NCBI GenBank assembly: GCA_028023455.1
Contig: JAQFVV010000002.1
Span: 27,652,001-27,716,000, forward strand
Reading direction: 5' to 3'
Source of the DNA: Epiperipatus broadwayi
Lineage: Eukaryota > Animalia > Onychophora
DNA: 64,000 nt
Both the position numbers and the translations under genes were made by a program. The notes under the pieces were generated by a model. The model made no database searches. It was not told where the DNA came from and saw only the letters and a list, made by a program, of their open reading frames with translations. Positions 13,100 to 25,300 of this stretch are shown in pieces (the first letter of the stretch is position 1; every line of letters starts with the position of its first letter).

Positions 13100-14815
13100 T
13101 TTAGTATGATGGATGAGTTTGTCAAACGTGAGTATCATTAAAGAAGATAGTACTACTCTCAATTCTTCATCAATCACTAAACAAGATTAATGTTTTGTTT
13201 TTAAAACAGCAATAGCTAAAAAGCCAGTATCACATAAGTAAGATGTTACACATGGTAATAAAATTTCTAAAGCTTTGTTTGTTAAAGCAACTGTTTCTTC
13301 ACTCGTAGCCAGAAAATACCAATATTTCTTGTTCAAAGATCTGTTTTAATGGGTTCGCACAAGCTAAGTCTATCAACATTTCTTGCTCTAATGTCGAAGG
13401 GCCGAATACATCATGTGTTTTAATCGCAAACAGGTTTCTTATCCATTCATATTTTGGCATGTCAAGATTTTTTAAAAAAAAAAAAGAGAATTGTTTCTAC
13501 AGATTGATCAAATGATTATTAATAAAAATTTTACTTTCTTCTATTTCATTTGTAAGGCAAGTGTTTTTGAAATTGAGAAACATGTCCAAAACATTTTCAA
13601 ATTAATCATCTACAGCCCAAATTTTTTTTTAAATGCAATAACTTTATCTTTTTGCATCAAAGCAAGAGATTGAGGTCTTTATATTGATTTATTTAAAATA
13701 CTAACTTTTTCAAAAATATCCACTAAATAAGCAAGCTTTACAAGGAATTTTGTGTCATAAAACAATTTTCCCTCATCTTTTGTTATCATTTAGAAATATA
13801 GTGATTTTTTCTTTTAGTTCAAACACTCTTTGAAGTAGCTTGAACTGAGAAAATCAACAAGTTTCGCAATGTAAGTGTTCTGTGCCCATATTTGTAAACA
13901 GCTTTCCTCTTAATGGGCTGTTACAACAACTTCAAATACCCGTTAGCAAAGCTTCTCATACTTTTTGAAGTGAATGATTGTACGAGAAGCTATCTTTCAA
14001 ACTAGATCTTTTAAACCAACGTTTCATCCTGCCATAGATCGAGCTTCATCAGTATACATCAAAAATAATTCTCCCAAAGAATGCTATTTTCATGTAAAAA
14101 AGTATCAATCACATTGAAAATTTCTTTTGCTATGATATTGTTTTCAATAGATTTACAGAATAATAAAACTTCTATAATATCAGTTTCTACAACTTATCCT
14201 ACCTATGAAATACAAACACCTGTTGTTTCATCCAATTGCAAAGTGTAATCTGACAATTTTATGTTTTTTTATTAATTGATCGTGAAGATACTCCTTTCTA
14301 CATTATTATCTGCAAGTGAAATTTTTCAAAGTTGATTAGTACATGATTCACCAAGCATTGTTTCAACCATGCCAATAGCTGCAGGTAGAACCAAAGTTTC
14401 TCCTATAAAATTGTGTTTTAAATTTAGTAATTCTATAAAAAACTTTATATGATGCAAGAAATGCTTTTGATGTTACAGATATGATTTTTGAAAAAGTATT
14501 TTGTTGTTTATTCAAAACATCTAATTTCTTTCGGAAAAATTATCTTGGCTTGCCAACATTGTAGTTTTTCAAGATGATGTTTTAATTTATTAGGTTTCAT
14601 GCTTTCTGCAGCTAAAATATTCACACAGATCAAACTGTCTTTCTTGTCCATTAATAACGATACTTGTAAATCCCAATGTTAAGTATAGTGGATATTTTCA
14701 AGATTTAACATTACTATTTTTCATAGCTGAGTTGGTTAAACAACTTTTGCTAGTATCAATTTCACCTTCTTCATCTGCTTTTCATTTCACTCTGGTTACA
14801 TATTTATCTATCTAA
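13100..14815 (-). pseudogene. Decayed hAT (Buster/Charlie, ZBED5/SCAND3-like) transposase
   Basis: Minus-strand fragments appear in the correct order: AAESMKPNKLKHHLE, TLVLPAAIGMVETMLGE, YTLQLDETT, YTDEARSMAG, LLQRVFELK, YEWIRNLF, KALEILLP..SYLCDTGF, DEELRVVLS. Many stops and frameshifts. Confidence 0.88.
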
Positions 14816-16783
14816 AAAGGGTAAGCATTATTTTAAAACAATTAAAAAAATATTATTCCCAGTTTCCAAACTTATCTCAGTAATTGTTAAGAATCCCATG
14901 TAATATAAAAATCACTTTATGCATAAATCAATAATTATGCCTGTTGTATCAAAATATACATTACCCAACATTTATCTCACTCGTGTCATTAATAGGAATG
15001 GACAAAATTTTGTTGAGTAATTTTCTTTAGACACTGATTTGAATTTGTATATTTGGTAAAAGTCTCGGGTTTTTATATTCAAATTTTGTTTGAAATCTTT
15101 AATTAAAAATTTCAAAGCACTATTTAGCATCATGGATACTACCAGCAAAATAGAAGAAAAAGTCTAAGTGATAAGTGAACCATCATATCGTTCCAAAAAT
15201 GCCTCAAAATAAATGATTTTGCAGCTACTAAATAAGAACATGTTGAAGTACAAAAAAATGATGCTAAGAATTAATATTAAAATATTCAATTGTTTTATAT
15301 TTCTGTACTGTCCAATTTCAATTAGTGTAAGTTACATATATACAAATTTAAAGTCAATCTAAACTACGATTAAAATAAAAATATTCTCTTGAAAGATGAA
15401 AAGAATCCCTCCAAGCTAAATCAATAATTTTATTAATTAAAGATACAAATGAAAATATGCTAAGTTACCATGCAACAATAAAAAGCGTTCCTTAAACTTT
15501 AAATGTAAACTGAATTCATGCATTATCCTAGGTATAATAAAAATTTCAGAGCTTTGTCTAATTTAATGTCCGCATTATCATTGGTATCTTATTAATTTTC
15601 TATTTCTAATTGTATTTGATATTTGTGATAAGCTCAGTTATAACAATGTCAAATCAGGATGTTTTCTTGTTGCACACTGAAATAAAATTAATACAATAAT
15701 TTAGATATTTTATTAATAAGAAAATAGCGTGAATAACCTGAAATCTATCCGGATTAACCTGTTTATCTATATAACTGTGCAGTCAAATGAATATTACTCT
15801 TATACATATGAACCTTTTCATTAATTTTAATTAAATATTTTGTTATTAAAAATATAATATTTATTCCTGATTTATTCTATATACATATAATTAATAATAT
15901 TGTGACTGAATATTATTATTGCTTGTTTTCATAAAATAAGGAAGTTCAACGGGGTTGCAGTTGCCTTGTTCAGAGGATAGATGTTCTGTATAAATGTTTC
16001 TTCTGAAGATGCATGTATAATTAGTAGTGGTACTTTTATTATTGTGAAATATATAAGCATGCACACTTTTAAAATCATTTCAATTTGATATACTAAAACG
16101 GACCAGATCATGTGATCATCCTTACTACCTATAGCTACCGAACACTTCTTTAATTCAATTAGATACAGATTCATATTCAGCAACCCAATAGGAATAGACA
16201 GACGATCATCATCATTATACATTCACTTCACACTTTGTACCATTACAATATTATATGTAATGATGGGTACTGGCATAACTAGAACGACTGATTTTACTAG
16301 CATATAGTACTAAAATATTTTTAGCAAGCTAAAAAAAAAAAGACTGAAAGGCATTATCTTAGGGTAAAAAGTGTTAACCTATTTAAATACGCTTCAGTCC
16401 AAACATAGTGCTTCAATGCTTATATCATGCATTTAATTTGGTTGGATAAGTTAAAATAGTTTTTGATGAGCTCAAAGGTGAAGTTTAGTGAATCATCAAT
16501 AATCTGATTTTAAAAATGATAGTTTCTATACCACAGATTTATAAATAATAATCAATATATATCCAAATGATAGTGCTAACCAGATTTCCAAACTGGTTTC
16601 TAGTGTCTTTTGATTAATTCTTACAGATGGCTCTAGATTAGTGATAAAAGAAATAAGCATTAGATGGATAATCATAATTTGTCACACATCTATATCAAGT
16701 TCAATGAAATTCCTGTAAGTTAACTTCAAAAATATATATGTGTGTGCTCAGACATTTTGTAAATATTGATATTTAATACCTAC

Positions 16784-16866
16784 CTTTAATCTGATCTTCA
16801 AATACAGGTGGTTTCATATCACCTTGATTTAATTCAGTCCCATATTTTAATTTATGATATTTTGCT
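16784..16866 (-). CDS. STRN: Striatin-family coding exon (second seen): (R)AKYHKLKYGTELNQGDMKPPVFEDQIK
   Basis: Acceptor tttcaatAG, 83 bp, donor AAG|gtaggt. In phase with both neighbouring exons. AKYHKLKYGTELNQGDMKPP is recognised striatin sequence. Confidence 0.95.
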
Positions 16867-19800
16867 CTATTGAAAAAAATAAATAAATAAATAAAAGCTA
16901 ATTAAAATTGCAAATTCAAATATTGTTTAATTTTAATGGTTTACGAGATAAAATATTAAAAATATAAAAACATTTCTGCACGTATCCAATTTAATAAAAA
17001 AACAATTTTTAAAATCCCATAAAAAATACATAAAAGTTAAAAATCCAGTTTAATTTACATAGTATTTGACAAAATATTTTAAATATTCTTTTTCTTCTCG
17101 TCCACTTTTAATTAACATTAATTTTACCGAATACATCTTTCATTTGGCTCAAAATGATTGGAAAATTAACTAATATTATAAGCAAGAACTACAAAATTAA
17201 AACTGAATCATATCACTTCCCCATTTAATTTCAAATTGTCAGTAAATTTATATATATATATGCAGAAGCAGAATATATAAAGATAGCCATATTGTAAATA
17301 ATAAGTTGAATTTTTAATTAAGAAATATTTTATTTTATAAATAGTGAGTCTGCTATAATGAAGACAAAGGTATATAACGAAAACACTTTGTTCAATTAAC
17401 AATTTAGTTCACTTAAGTGTTTATTTATACCATTATCAGTAAAAATATATAGTATTTATTTTTTTTAATTATTCTATTGTGTATATATAATAATTTTAGC
17501 CATAAACTTAAAAATCTAGGTGGGAAAACTGATTAATGTTGTGAAAAAAAAAAGTAAAGAGAACTCTGGAACCTGTCAACATATGAAAATGCTAAAGCAA
17601 ATGCCATTGATTGGCTTTTTGAAAACCTAAGTGAGAAAATGAAGTAAAAGGACATATATATAAGCATAAGTTTATTTTTGCTTTTAGACGATTAGTTTTA
17701 ATTTTCACTATCAGGCAAAACAAAGTAGAAAATAAGAATCAATAAACTGTGCATTTTTCTTATGATAAGTTTAGGGTTTTAGTTTATGCTTTTAAAATTT
17801 GTCTCAGTTTTAATTAAAATCAAATTGTACAAAATGTATAGTTATTAATTTCACATGTACATTTATATTAATGTTTTGATTTTGTATTATAATTTTCCTA
17901 TTTACACAGTTATTTTAGATGGTAACTTTGTTTGAGACTGTAGACCGAAACAATTACTCTCAAATATAAATGAATTTCAATGTAAGCTAGAATAAATAAT
18001 TTTCTAGAATCATTAGTTGGTTGTAGGAGATGCTACATGCTATATTTTGATTAATTTCAGAAGGTTTTAAATAAAAATATTAACCTATTTTATTAAACAA
18101 CAAAATACATTACAGAAGACTTTAATCTTATCTACTATTTTAATAAATTAATTTTTCAAAAATTTTTTCCTTGCTCTAATAGGAAGCTTGTTGCATGCCA
18201 TTTTAGAAATGGATTGCAAGTTGCAATAATATTAAATAATTTTCAAATATGATCTCTAGTCTTACTATAAATATAAAAGCAATGATTCTTTTTCACTTAC
18301 AATATCAATCATTGTATCACAAGTTCATGATGGCAGAGTACAGCATGGCAATAATTACTCAAGTGGTCAGATAACAAATTATTTTTTATAATCTGTTTAT
18401 TTAATTAGGTAAAATTTCAAATATATAACAAGTAATTGTAGACATTTATTTAATTGTGTTGTGTCCCAATCTTCTCTTAATTAATTTCTTTTTTTTTTTT
18501 TTAAACTTCAATATATATTTTATGGTTATTTAAATATTAATAATATAAAGTTAGGAATTGTCACCATTTTAGTATCATTATTATAAATTCATAATTTTGA
18601 AATTTAAGAAAATTTAATCATGTTGTATGCTTAAAATAAATGCATTATATATTATTTTTACATAATTTAATTTATTTTAACAATGTACTTCAAAAAATAT
18701 TAAAACTTCAAAATTATTTAAAGTAGATCTTGTTAGAAAAAATGAAAAAGTTTATATTAATTTTTCTTTTCATTACATAAAATATTTCCAACACTGTTTA
18801 TTTAGAATTTTATTTTAATTACTCTGATACACATATTTAAACAAATGAAAATAAGCAGATAATAAAACAACTGCTACAAATATCAAATGACTTTAATATT
18901 TTAAAAACAAAATACATTAAGACACTTTTGTTGGATAGCAACAACTTAAATTTTTCTGTGAATACAACTCTTGAACTTTGTTAGTACCGTGGTTTTTCAT
19001 TTGTACTTTTATTTATTTGATTTCTATAACTAAATTTTTTAAAAAGTGAAACAGCTTTTAAGAATCCCACTTCAAAACAAAAACAACGAAAAAGGAAAAT
19101 AATAACAGATTTTTCGAGCGTTTTAGTAGTTTGCCATCTTGTTAATATCTATTGTATGCATGACTGATAAATGATCTAAGAACTACACGATGCCTTCATA
19201 TGTTAAAATATACCAATAGAAATACAAATTTAATGCTACTAAATATAGTAAGTCATTTCTAAAATTTATTTTCTATTAAAAAACAACAACAAAACACTGT
19301 TTTTAGAAAGTATATTGTACCTGAATACTGCAGATGTTTATTGCTATAATTCATTTAATAAATTATCAATTATAATATATTATCATGAACATAGTTCTTG
19401 AGCTTTATTAGTGTTGCAAGAATTTTCATTTATATAAATATTTGATTTTTATATTTTAATTAAAAAAAAGACAATAATCTTTAAGCAGCTTACTCCAGAA
19501 TAAAATAACTTTCCAAAGAAAAACTCTTAAGGAGAAAAATCAAGATTTTCCACATTAATAGCAACACATTGCTAAAGGCGTTATATTTCAACATCTAAAC
19601 CCACCCACCTTTCTACTTAAGAAGTTACCTAGATATTTAAATTGACATTTACTCATATTTAAAGATCATCCAAGTAAAAAGTAGTCAATTTTTTTTTCAT
19701 CCGTTAGTGGCCGATAAAAAATTAATTCTTTTATATATATATTAAGTAAATTCTTTATAGAACAGCAATCAAAATTTCAATAACATTATCAGCTTTTGAA

Positions 19801-20102
19801 CTTGCAAGAAAAGTACAATGTTCAGTATATTATAAATCTAGAAGATGGATTAAAAATTCTACCATCAAATCACAACTTGACATCCATTTCGTAAAGCTGG
19901 TTAGCAACAAGTTATAAAAATGAAAAACATCATTGGAGTTAATACATATCCTTCTTTAACAGCAATTTTTTTTTGAATGTAATTTTTTTAACAGCAGCCA
20001 TAGGGGATTTGAAGTCAGACTTTCAAGCACCCTTCAACTATCCACATTCTCTCATACCACTGATACACATGACCACACACATGTAGAAAAGATAAAATAA
20101 TC

Positions 20103-20146
20103 ACCAATATACATATTTCGTGCAGAACCAGCACTCATCAGTTGGT
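20103..20146 (-). ncRNA. Type I hammerhead ribozyme, intact core, sense to the striatin pre-mRNA
   Basis: ACCAA CUGAUGA GUGC-UGGUUCU-GCAC GAAA UAUGUA UA^UUGGU. Confidence 0.75.
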
Positions 20147-20423
20147 CTGGATTATCATCTTCCCCATATATATATATATCATCAGTGCTCATTTTATATT
20201 AAGATAGCAAATCTTCATACTTTAATGGATAAGCTTCAATCTACTCCAACTATCCATACCATTGAAAATCTGATGATGGAAAGCCCAAATTCCATGCTAT
20301 GGTATGGATGTCTGAAGAATCGGAGGTTGGAATAGATTGAAGCCCGTCCATTAAAGTATGAATATTTGCTATCTTAATATAAACTGAGCACTGATTATAT
20401 ATGTGTGGGAGATGGTAATCTAA

Positions 20424-20467
20424 ACCAACTGATGAGTGCTGGTTCAGCACGAAATATGTATATTGGT
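20424..20467 (+). ncRNA. Type I hammerhead ribozyme, canonical core
   Basis: Stem I ACCAA/UUGGU, CUGAUGA, stem II GUGCUG-GUU-CAGCAC, GAAA, short stem III AUA-UG-UAU. Predicted cleavage after A20462. Confidence 0.85.
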
Positions 20468-23400
20468 GATTTTTTTATCTTTTTTACATATGTGGTCATG
20501 TATATCAATAGTATGGGATAGTGTGGATAGTTGAAGGTGCTTGAAAGTCCGAGTTCAATTTCCCTATTATTACAATTAAGCCAGGTATATGAAAAATGCC
20601 TGTATATCAAATATTTTCATATAGAAGTTCTACAATGCAAATAATGTTCAAGACCTATTTGATAAATTAAATCAAATGGCTTAACAAAATTAATAATAAT
20701 GGTATATAAATCATTCCTTTGCTTGTGACCATTTTCTTACATTTGCCTGGAAACAAAAACTTTATATTGTTTATTGATTGAATTTTGGGAATCCATTTAT
20801 CTATGATCGAAATAATTTATTCAACAAAATCTTTGAAAGTATCTTTGGCTTAATTAATGAACATCAATAATATTCCAAAATTATTATAACAGTTTTGTCA
20901 TTTCATTTATTTTTATCATATGCAAGGTTTAAATACAAATTTAGTTAACTTACTTGTGTCTTTAGAGTAAACTAAAATGTATTTTTAAATTATTCTGTGC
21001 CTGAAAAGTTAGACGCTGATTAATATTATCATAGGGAAAAAAAATTGCTGGTGATATAGAATGTGCATGTAAATGATTAAAGTCTTTGTGAAAAGCAAAT
21101 TTAAAAATCTGATTAATGACATCAAAAATATATTTCCAAATAGAAAAGCGATGTTTTAAAAAGTCTATTATTTTTCAATGCCCTGAAAACTGTTAAAATG
21201 TAATCTAATAAGAAAAAAAAAAATTTCAAACAAAATGGCTGAAGTTCAGAATACAATATGGAAAAATCGATGAAGTAGATTTTTTTTTGCCTATACTTTT
21301 TACAAAATTTGATTTTAGCTATACTTAAACTATATTTATACAATATGCACATCAATTAATTTTAGATGCAATTTTACAATAGCATTTGTGATTTTGTTTT
21401 ATGTTTTAACCGTTTAAATGCTTGCTGCTGTCAGTTTGGAATGGACTACATCTAAATACATGTATTTCAATGTAAGATACAATAAAAGAATTTCTGAAAA
21501 CAATTATATTCATTATAGCAGATACTATTAAAATTGTTCACTTCAAGAAACCTATATTCAGTAATTTTTTTTTTCTCTCTCATGTGTTATAGCATCAGCC
21601 AGGAAGCGAATCCGCTAGCCTGGGACAACTGCTTGTAAAGCAGCCGTCGCTGACCTCTCGAACATTTGAGCCAAAAAAGTAACTTTTAAACATTTCCCCT
21701 CTATTTGAATGATTTTTTTTTAAATTTAGGAATCGAAAAAAAAAAAAAGAACAAAAGTTTAGGAATAATGTTTTTAATAACGATTTAAAAACAAATTATC
21801 GCACAGTCTTAATATTTTTTAATTTACTCTGTTAGGGAAGGACGGCAGGACAGTTAAAACTGTCAGGAAAATAAAGGAATTATATTTAAAAATTTTTTGC
21901 ATTAAAGTGTATATGAGGGGAGTTATTGTAAGCAATATGTATGAATGTATGAAGAAATGCAAAGAAAGTAAAGGATAAAAATAAGAATTGATATTCTTAA
22001 TATAATATTTGAGAATGCATGGGTGCTATATAAAAAATGAAATATAAAAGCATTTTTATTTCTTGGCTGGCTAGCAGAGGCATTATTATACTAAATCTTC
22101 TGATCGATCATTTTAACTACAATTTTATGAGAAATTTAATAAATTCTATTAAAATGAATAATTAAAAATTAATAACTTAAAATTTTTTGATTTGTTTTAT
22201 TTTATGACAACTTTATTTATCCATGCATCATACAAATTAATGTTATTATAAAAATTGTATCTTTAACCAAATGTATAAAATATAAAATGACCTTTGTGGT
22301 AATCAATAAGCTAAACTATGAGTGTTTTATATTCATGTAAATTGGAGGTATCTGAAATCTAAAAAAAAAAATATAAAAGTTTTTATTTTAAAATGGGAAG
22401 TACTTTGACGATCAATTATCATTTTCCAATTTCGATAAAATATTTTAAATTGACATAATTTACATGCAATTAAAATTATGAAAATCATATAGCATAGATT
22501 AAAGTTTTACATTGGAAAAATAATTGCCAGATATACAAGCTGGCAGCACAAAAGGAAATTTGAGATATTATTGTTGATAATAAAAAGTAAAAAAAAACAA
22601 ACAGAAAATAGTTAGTACTATATATGCATAAATATTGTACATAATAGATTTGAAAATTTCATATTAGAAAGTCATCAAAGCCCTATAGAAGATGCTAATA
22701 AAAAAAAAAACAATTTTCACTATTCATTATAATTTGCAATTAAAAAAATCCAATTATAATTTGTTTTCAAAATCATTTTTGAAATGAATTAAAATCAACA
22801 ATTTCTATTCAAAATGAATATTTATTATGCTGGGCATCAAAAGTACAATCTCAGGAGGATCTACTAAACTACAAGTATTTTCATCATAGGACAAAAAGTA
22901 CGTCATTAACTGTAAAAATTATAGAGCTTGAGTAGACAGATTTTGAGTGTCTAATTTAAGGAGAGGATCTGATTGTCACTATACACCAAGACAGGGATAC
23001 TTTGCTTCCCACTACTGAAAGAGAATGTGCATCCAGCTCAGTCATCCACTTGGACAAATAATCAACCTACATGAATCTAACCACCAAGGAATACCAACAT
23101 TGAACTATAAACTACCAACAGCATTCTGGGAATTTCTATTCAGTGATAGAAATTCACATGCAGGCTGTTGCAATGTTCTTGGACTGAGGTTAAGCACAAA
23201 ATTCTAAAAAAGAGGCTTATCACCAGAACTTTTAGTCTTATGTGTACCACATAAACTGAAAAATATCATGACAGAACAGTATCTTTCCAAATCTCATTCT
23301 AACATTCCTAAAGGACATTCATGCTACTTATTGCTAATAATAAGATTTGATTTCTTTTTTAAAAAACAGATCATTACTTTGTATTTTTTAATAAATTACA

Positions 23401-23593
23401 CAAATTTGTCTAGTTTATTACAAAATTATTGCCACATTAAGACTTCATTATTTTGTATTATTTTTTAACAAATGATAATTTTTTTTGTAGTTTTTATTAT
23501 ATTATTACAAAACTATGCATTAAATTTTACAATTATGTTGACTTTAGTTTGTAATATTTTTTTTCTTTAAAAAGTCATACATGTTCCCATTAG

Positions 23594-24241
23594 AAAACAA
23601 CAACGAAAAACAACACAAAAAAAAAAAAAAAAAGAAAAAATCCCTTATACCCCACCCCCTCCCCCACCCCCCCCCTACTCCCTGCTGGTGGCACCATCAG
23701 GCGGAGCACTATTGAGAGTTTTTTTTTTTTTTTTTTTTATAAATTAAAAAATATTTTGGGGGGGGGGGAGTGGGGATGTTTTGTTTTTTAAACAAAAACC
23801 ACCAATAAAGGGAAAGGGGGGGATGGGGTTTTTAAAGAAAAAAAAAAAAAACAAAAAGGGGTGGGGGGGGGTGAATGACACACCCCCATAAATACAATAG
23901 AGAGTGTGGTGAGAAGATAAAAAATATAATCTTTTTTATTTTTTTTTTTTTGGGTTGGAAGGAAAGTAGAGATAAAGGGGGGGGGAGGGAGGGTTTAAAT
24001 CAAACCAAAAGGTGGAGGCAGTGCCTCCCAAACCAAGCTCCCTCATGAAGGAAGACAAAAAGCAAAAAGTAGGGGGGGGGTGGTGGGGGAGGAGGCAGTT
24101 AGAAGGGTTTTTAAACCCAACCCTTCGGCCACCATTGGTTTACTTTGTTTAGCAGGGGGGGCACTAATATGGGGTTTTGTTTTTTTTTTTTAAAAAAAAT
24201 TATGTGTAAGTATGGGGGAGGTGATCATGTGATGCTTGCTG
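23594..24241. mobile_element. Family A locus with homopolymer-garbled sequence
   Basis: 13-bp direct repeat atgttcccattag at 23581-23593 and 24242-24254. The interior is colinear with 8950-9605 (gcagtgcctcccaaaccaagctccctcatgaagg, ccattggtttact, gtgatcatgtgatg). Confidence 0.7.
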
Positions 24242-24429
24242 ATGTTCCCATTAGTTTATAAAAATTTCTTCAATACTTTCCTTGTGTTAAATACTTTATT
24301 GATTAGCATTTTCAATATGGCTTTTGTAGCTAACTGATATGTAATACTTGAATCTGTTATATTTACAGTATCAAACAATCTTTAAGTATTTTATTAAAGT
24401 CTTTGATGAATCAGTTAATCATACTATGT

Positions 24430-24760
24430 TCTTTTACTAGAAGTCAGTAAAAAAGATTGGAAGCTAAAATACCTTTAATGAAAGCAGCAGATTTCACATA
24501 AGCAAATGTGGAAGAGAGGATTGCACATTGTTCTCTCATCTACTCAATTTTTATACTAAATATACAATAAAAGGAGCCAGACTGGCTGAAGAAAGATAGA
24601 TTGATGGCAGAATATCAACATCTTATGTATGCTAGACACTACTACACTTATAGGTGGAAGTACAGAAGATCTCAAGATTCTTATTAAGAAAGTTAAAAAT
24701 AGTAAAAATTCAGGATAACAACTAACTATGAAAAAGACAATTAGGTGTAGAAGTTAGTTT
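24430..24760 (+). mobile_element. Decayed RTE-clade RT fragment
   Basis: RFHISKCGREDCTLFSHLLNFYTKYTIKGARL resembles the RTE motif GKGVRQGCILSPxLFNLY, followed by an NNLRYADDTTL-like segment. Confidence 0.5.
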
Positions 24761-24789
24761 TTGCTTTTTTTGAAAGATTCATTAATAAT

Positions 24790-25300
24790 AAAAAATGCAA
24801 CAGTCAAGAGATTTTGTCACAGACAATACTTAGAAAAATCTCAAAAATTATATTTTTCGAACATTTCTCTACAACTGGTCATCCCTTTCTTCCTTCATCT
24901 GTCAACATCGTGTGCATGAACGCAACAACATTAAATGCAAAATTAAAGAAGCACGGCATATCTCAGATGACAAAAACTGTCAATAGAAAAGAATCATGCA
25001 TACCCCTCTTTAAGAGATGGCGTATTCTACCAGAATAATTTTCATATTTAAATTTCATGCTAATTAGCAATAACAGCATATATATACACCTTCTCCCACC
25101 ACACATCTTATGCTATGTCAATGACTTGTAATATTCGAAAGCCGGCTAAGCACATAATGTTTTAAAAACATATTTTATAAAAGCTTTTCCCTATACGTTG
25201 TGTATATCTATTATTACATTTTATTCGGAGTTAAAGCTTATAATTTTATAGTTATATTTATATTGTTAGTGGAAACTCTGTCATGGGTCACATATATAAC
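24790..25300 (+). mobile_element. Penelope-like element 3' remnant: GIY-YIG C-terminus plus 3' region with a decayed HHR
   Basis: Across frameshifts: EKS..EHFSTTGHPFLPSSVNIVCHERNNIKCKIKEARHI..VNRKES..RWRIL*. This is followed at 25108-25157 by GAC-N8-UUC GAAA GCCGGC UA^AGCA with upstream UGCU. Confidence 0.65.

Larger units (their letters stand above)
20000..20567. mobile_element. Family B HHR palindromic element (~260-bp arms, ~38-nt spacer)
   Basis: Arms ~20000-20261 and ~20300-20567 are about 80-85% reverse-complementary, and each carries an HHR. No clear TSD. Confidence 0.85.

Noticed and set aside
14010-14060. Minus-strand CTGATGA..GAAACG
   Set aside because: It lies in the hAT transposase coding remnant (TDEA codons), and stems I and II do not pair.
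15930-16650. Possible further decayed Penelope end on the minus strand (CTGAACA-AGGCAAC..GTTGAAC; NLV..IIW..GIET-like peptide)
   Set aside because: Too degenerate to support by eye.
16778-16783. Second GT 4 nt downstream of the exon donor
   Set aside because: Using it would frameshift the next exon, and the first donor fits the consensus and phase.
21610-21650. Twister-like TACAAGC..GTCCCAGGC on the minus strand
   Set aside because: The UAA cleavage loop, P2 and the GAGGG pseudoknot partner are absent.
23640-24230. G-quadruplex/i-motif-like G and C runs
   Set aside because: Better explained as a base-calling-corrupted family A copy.
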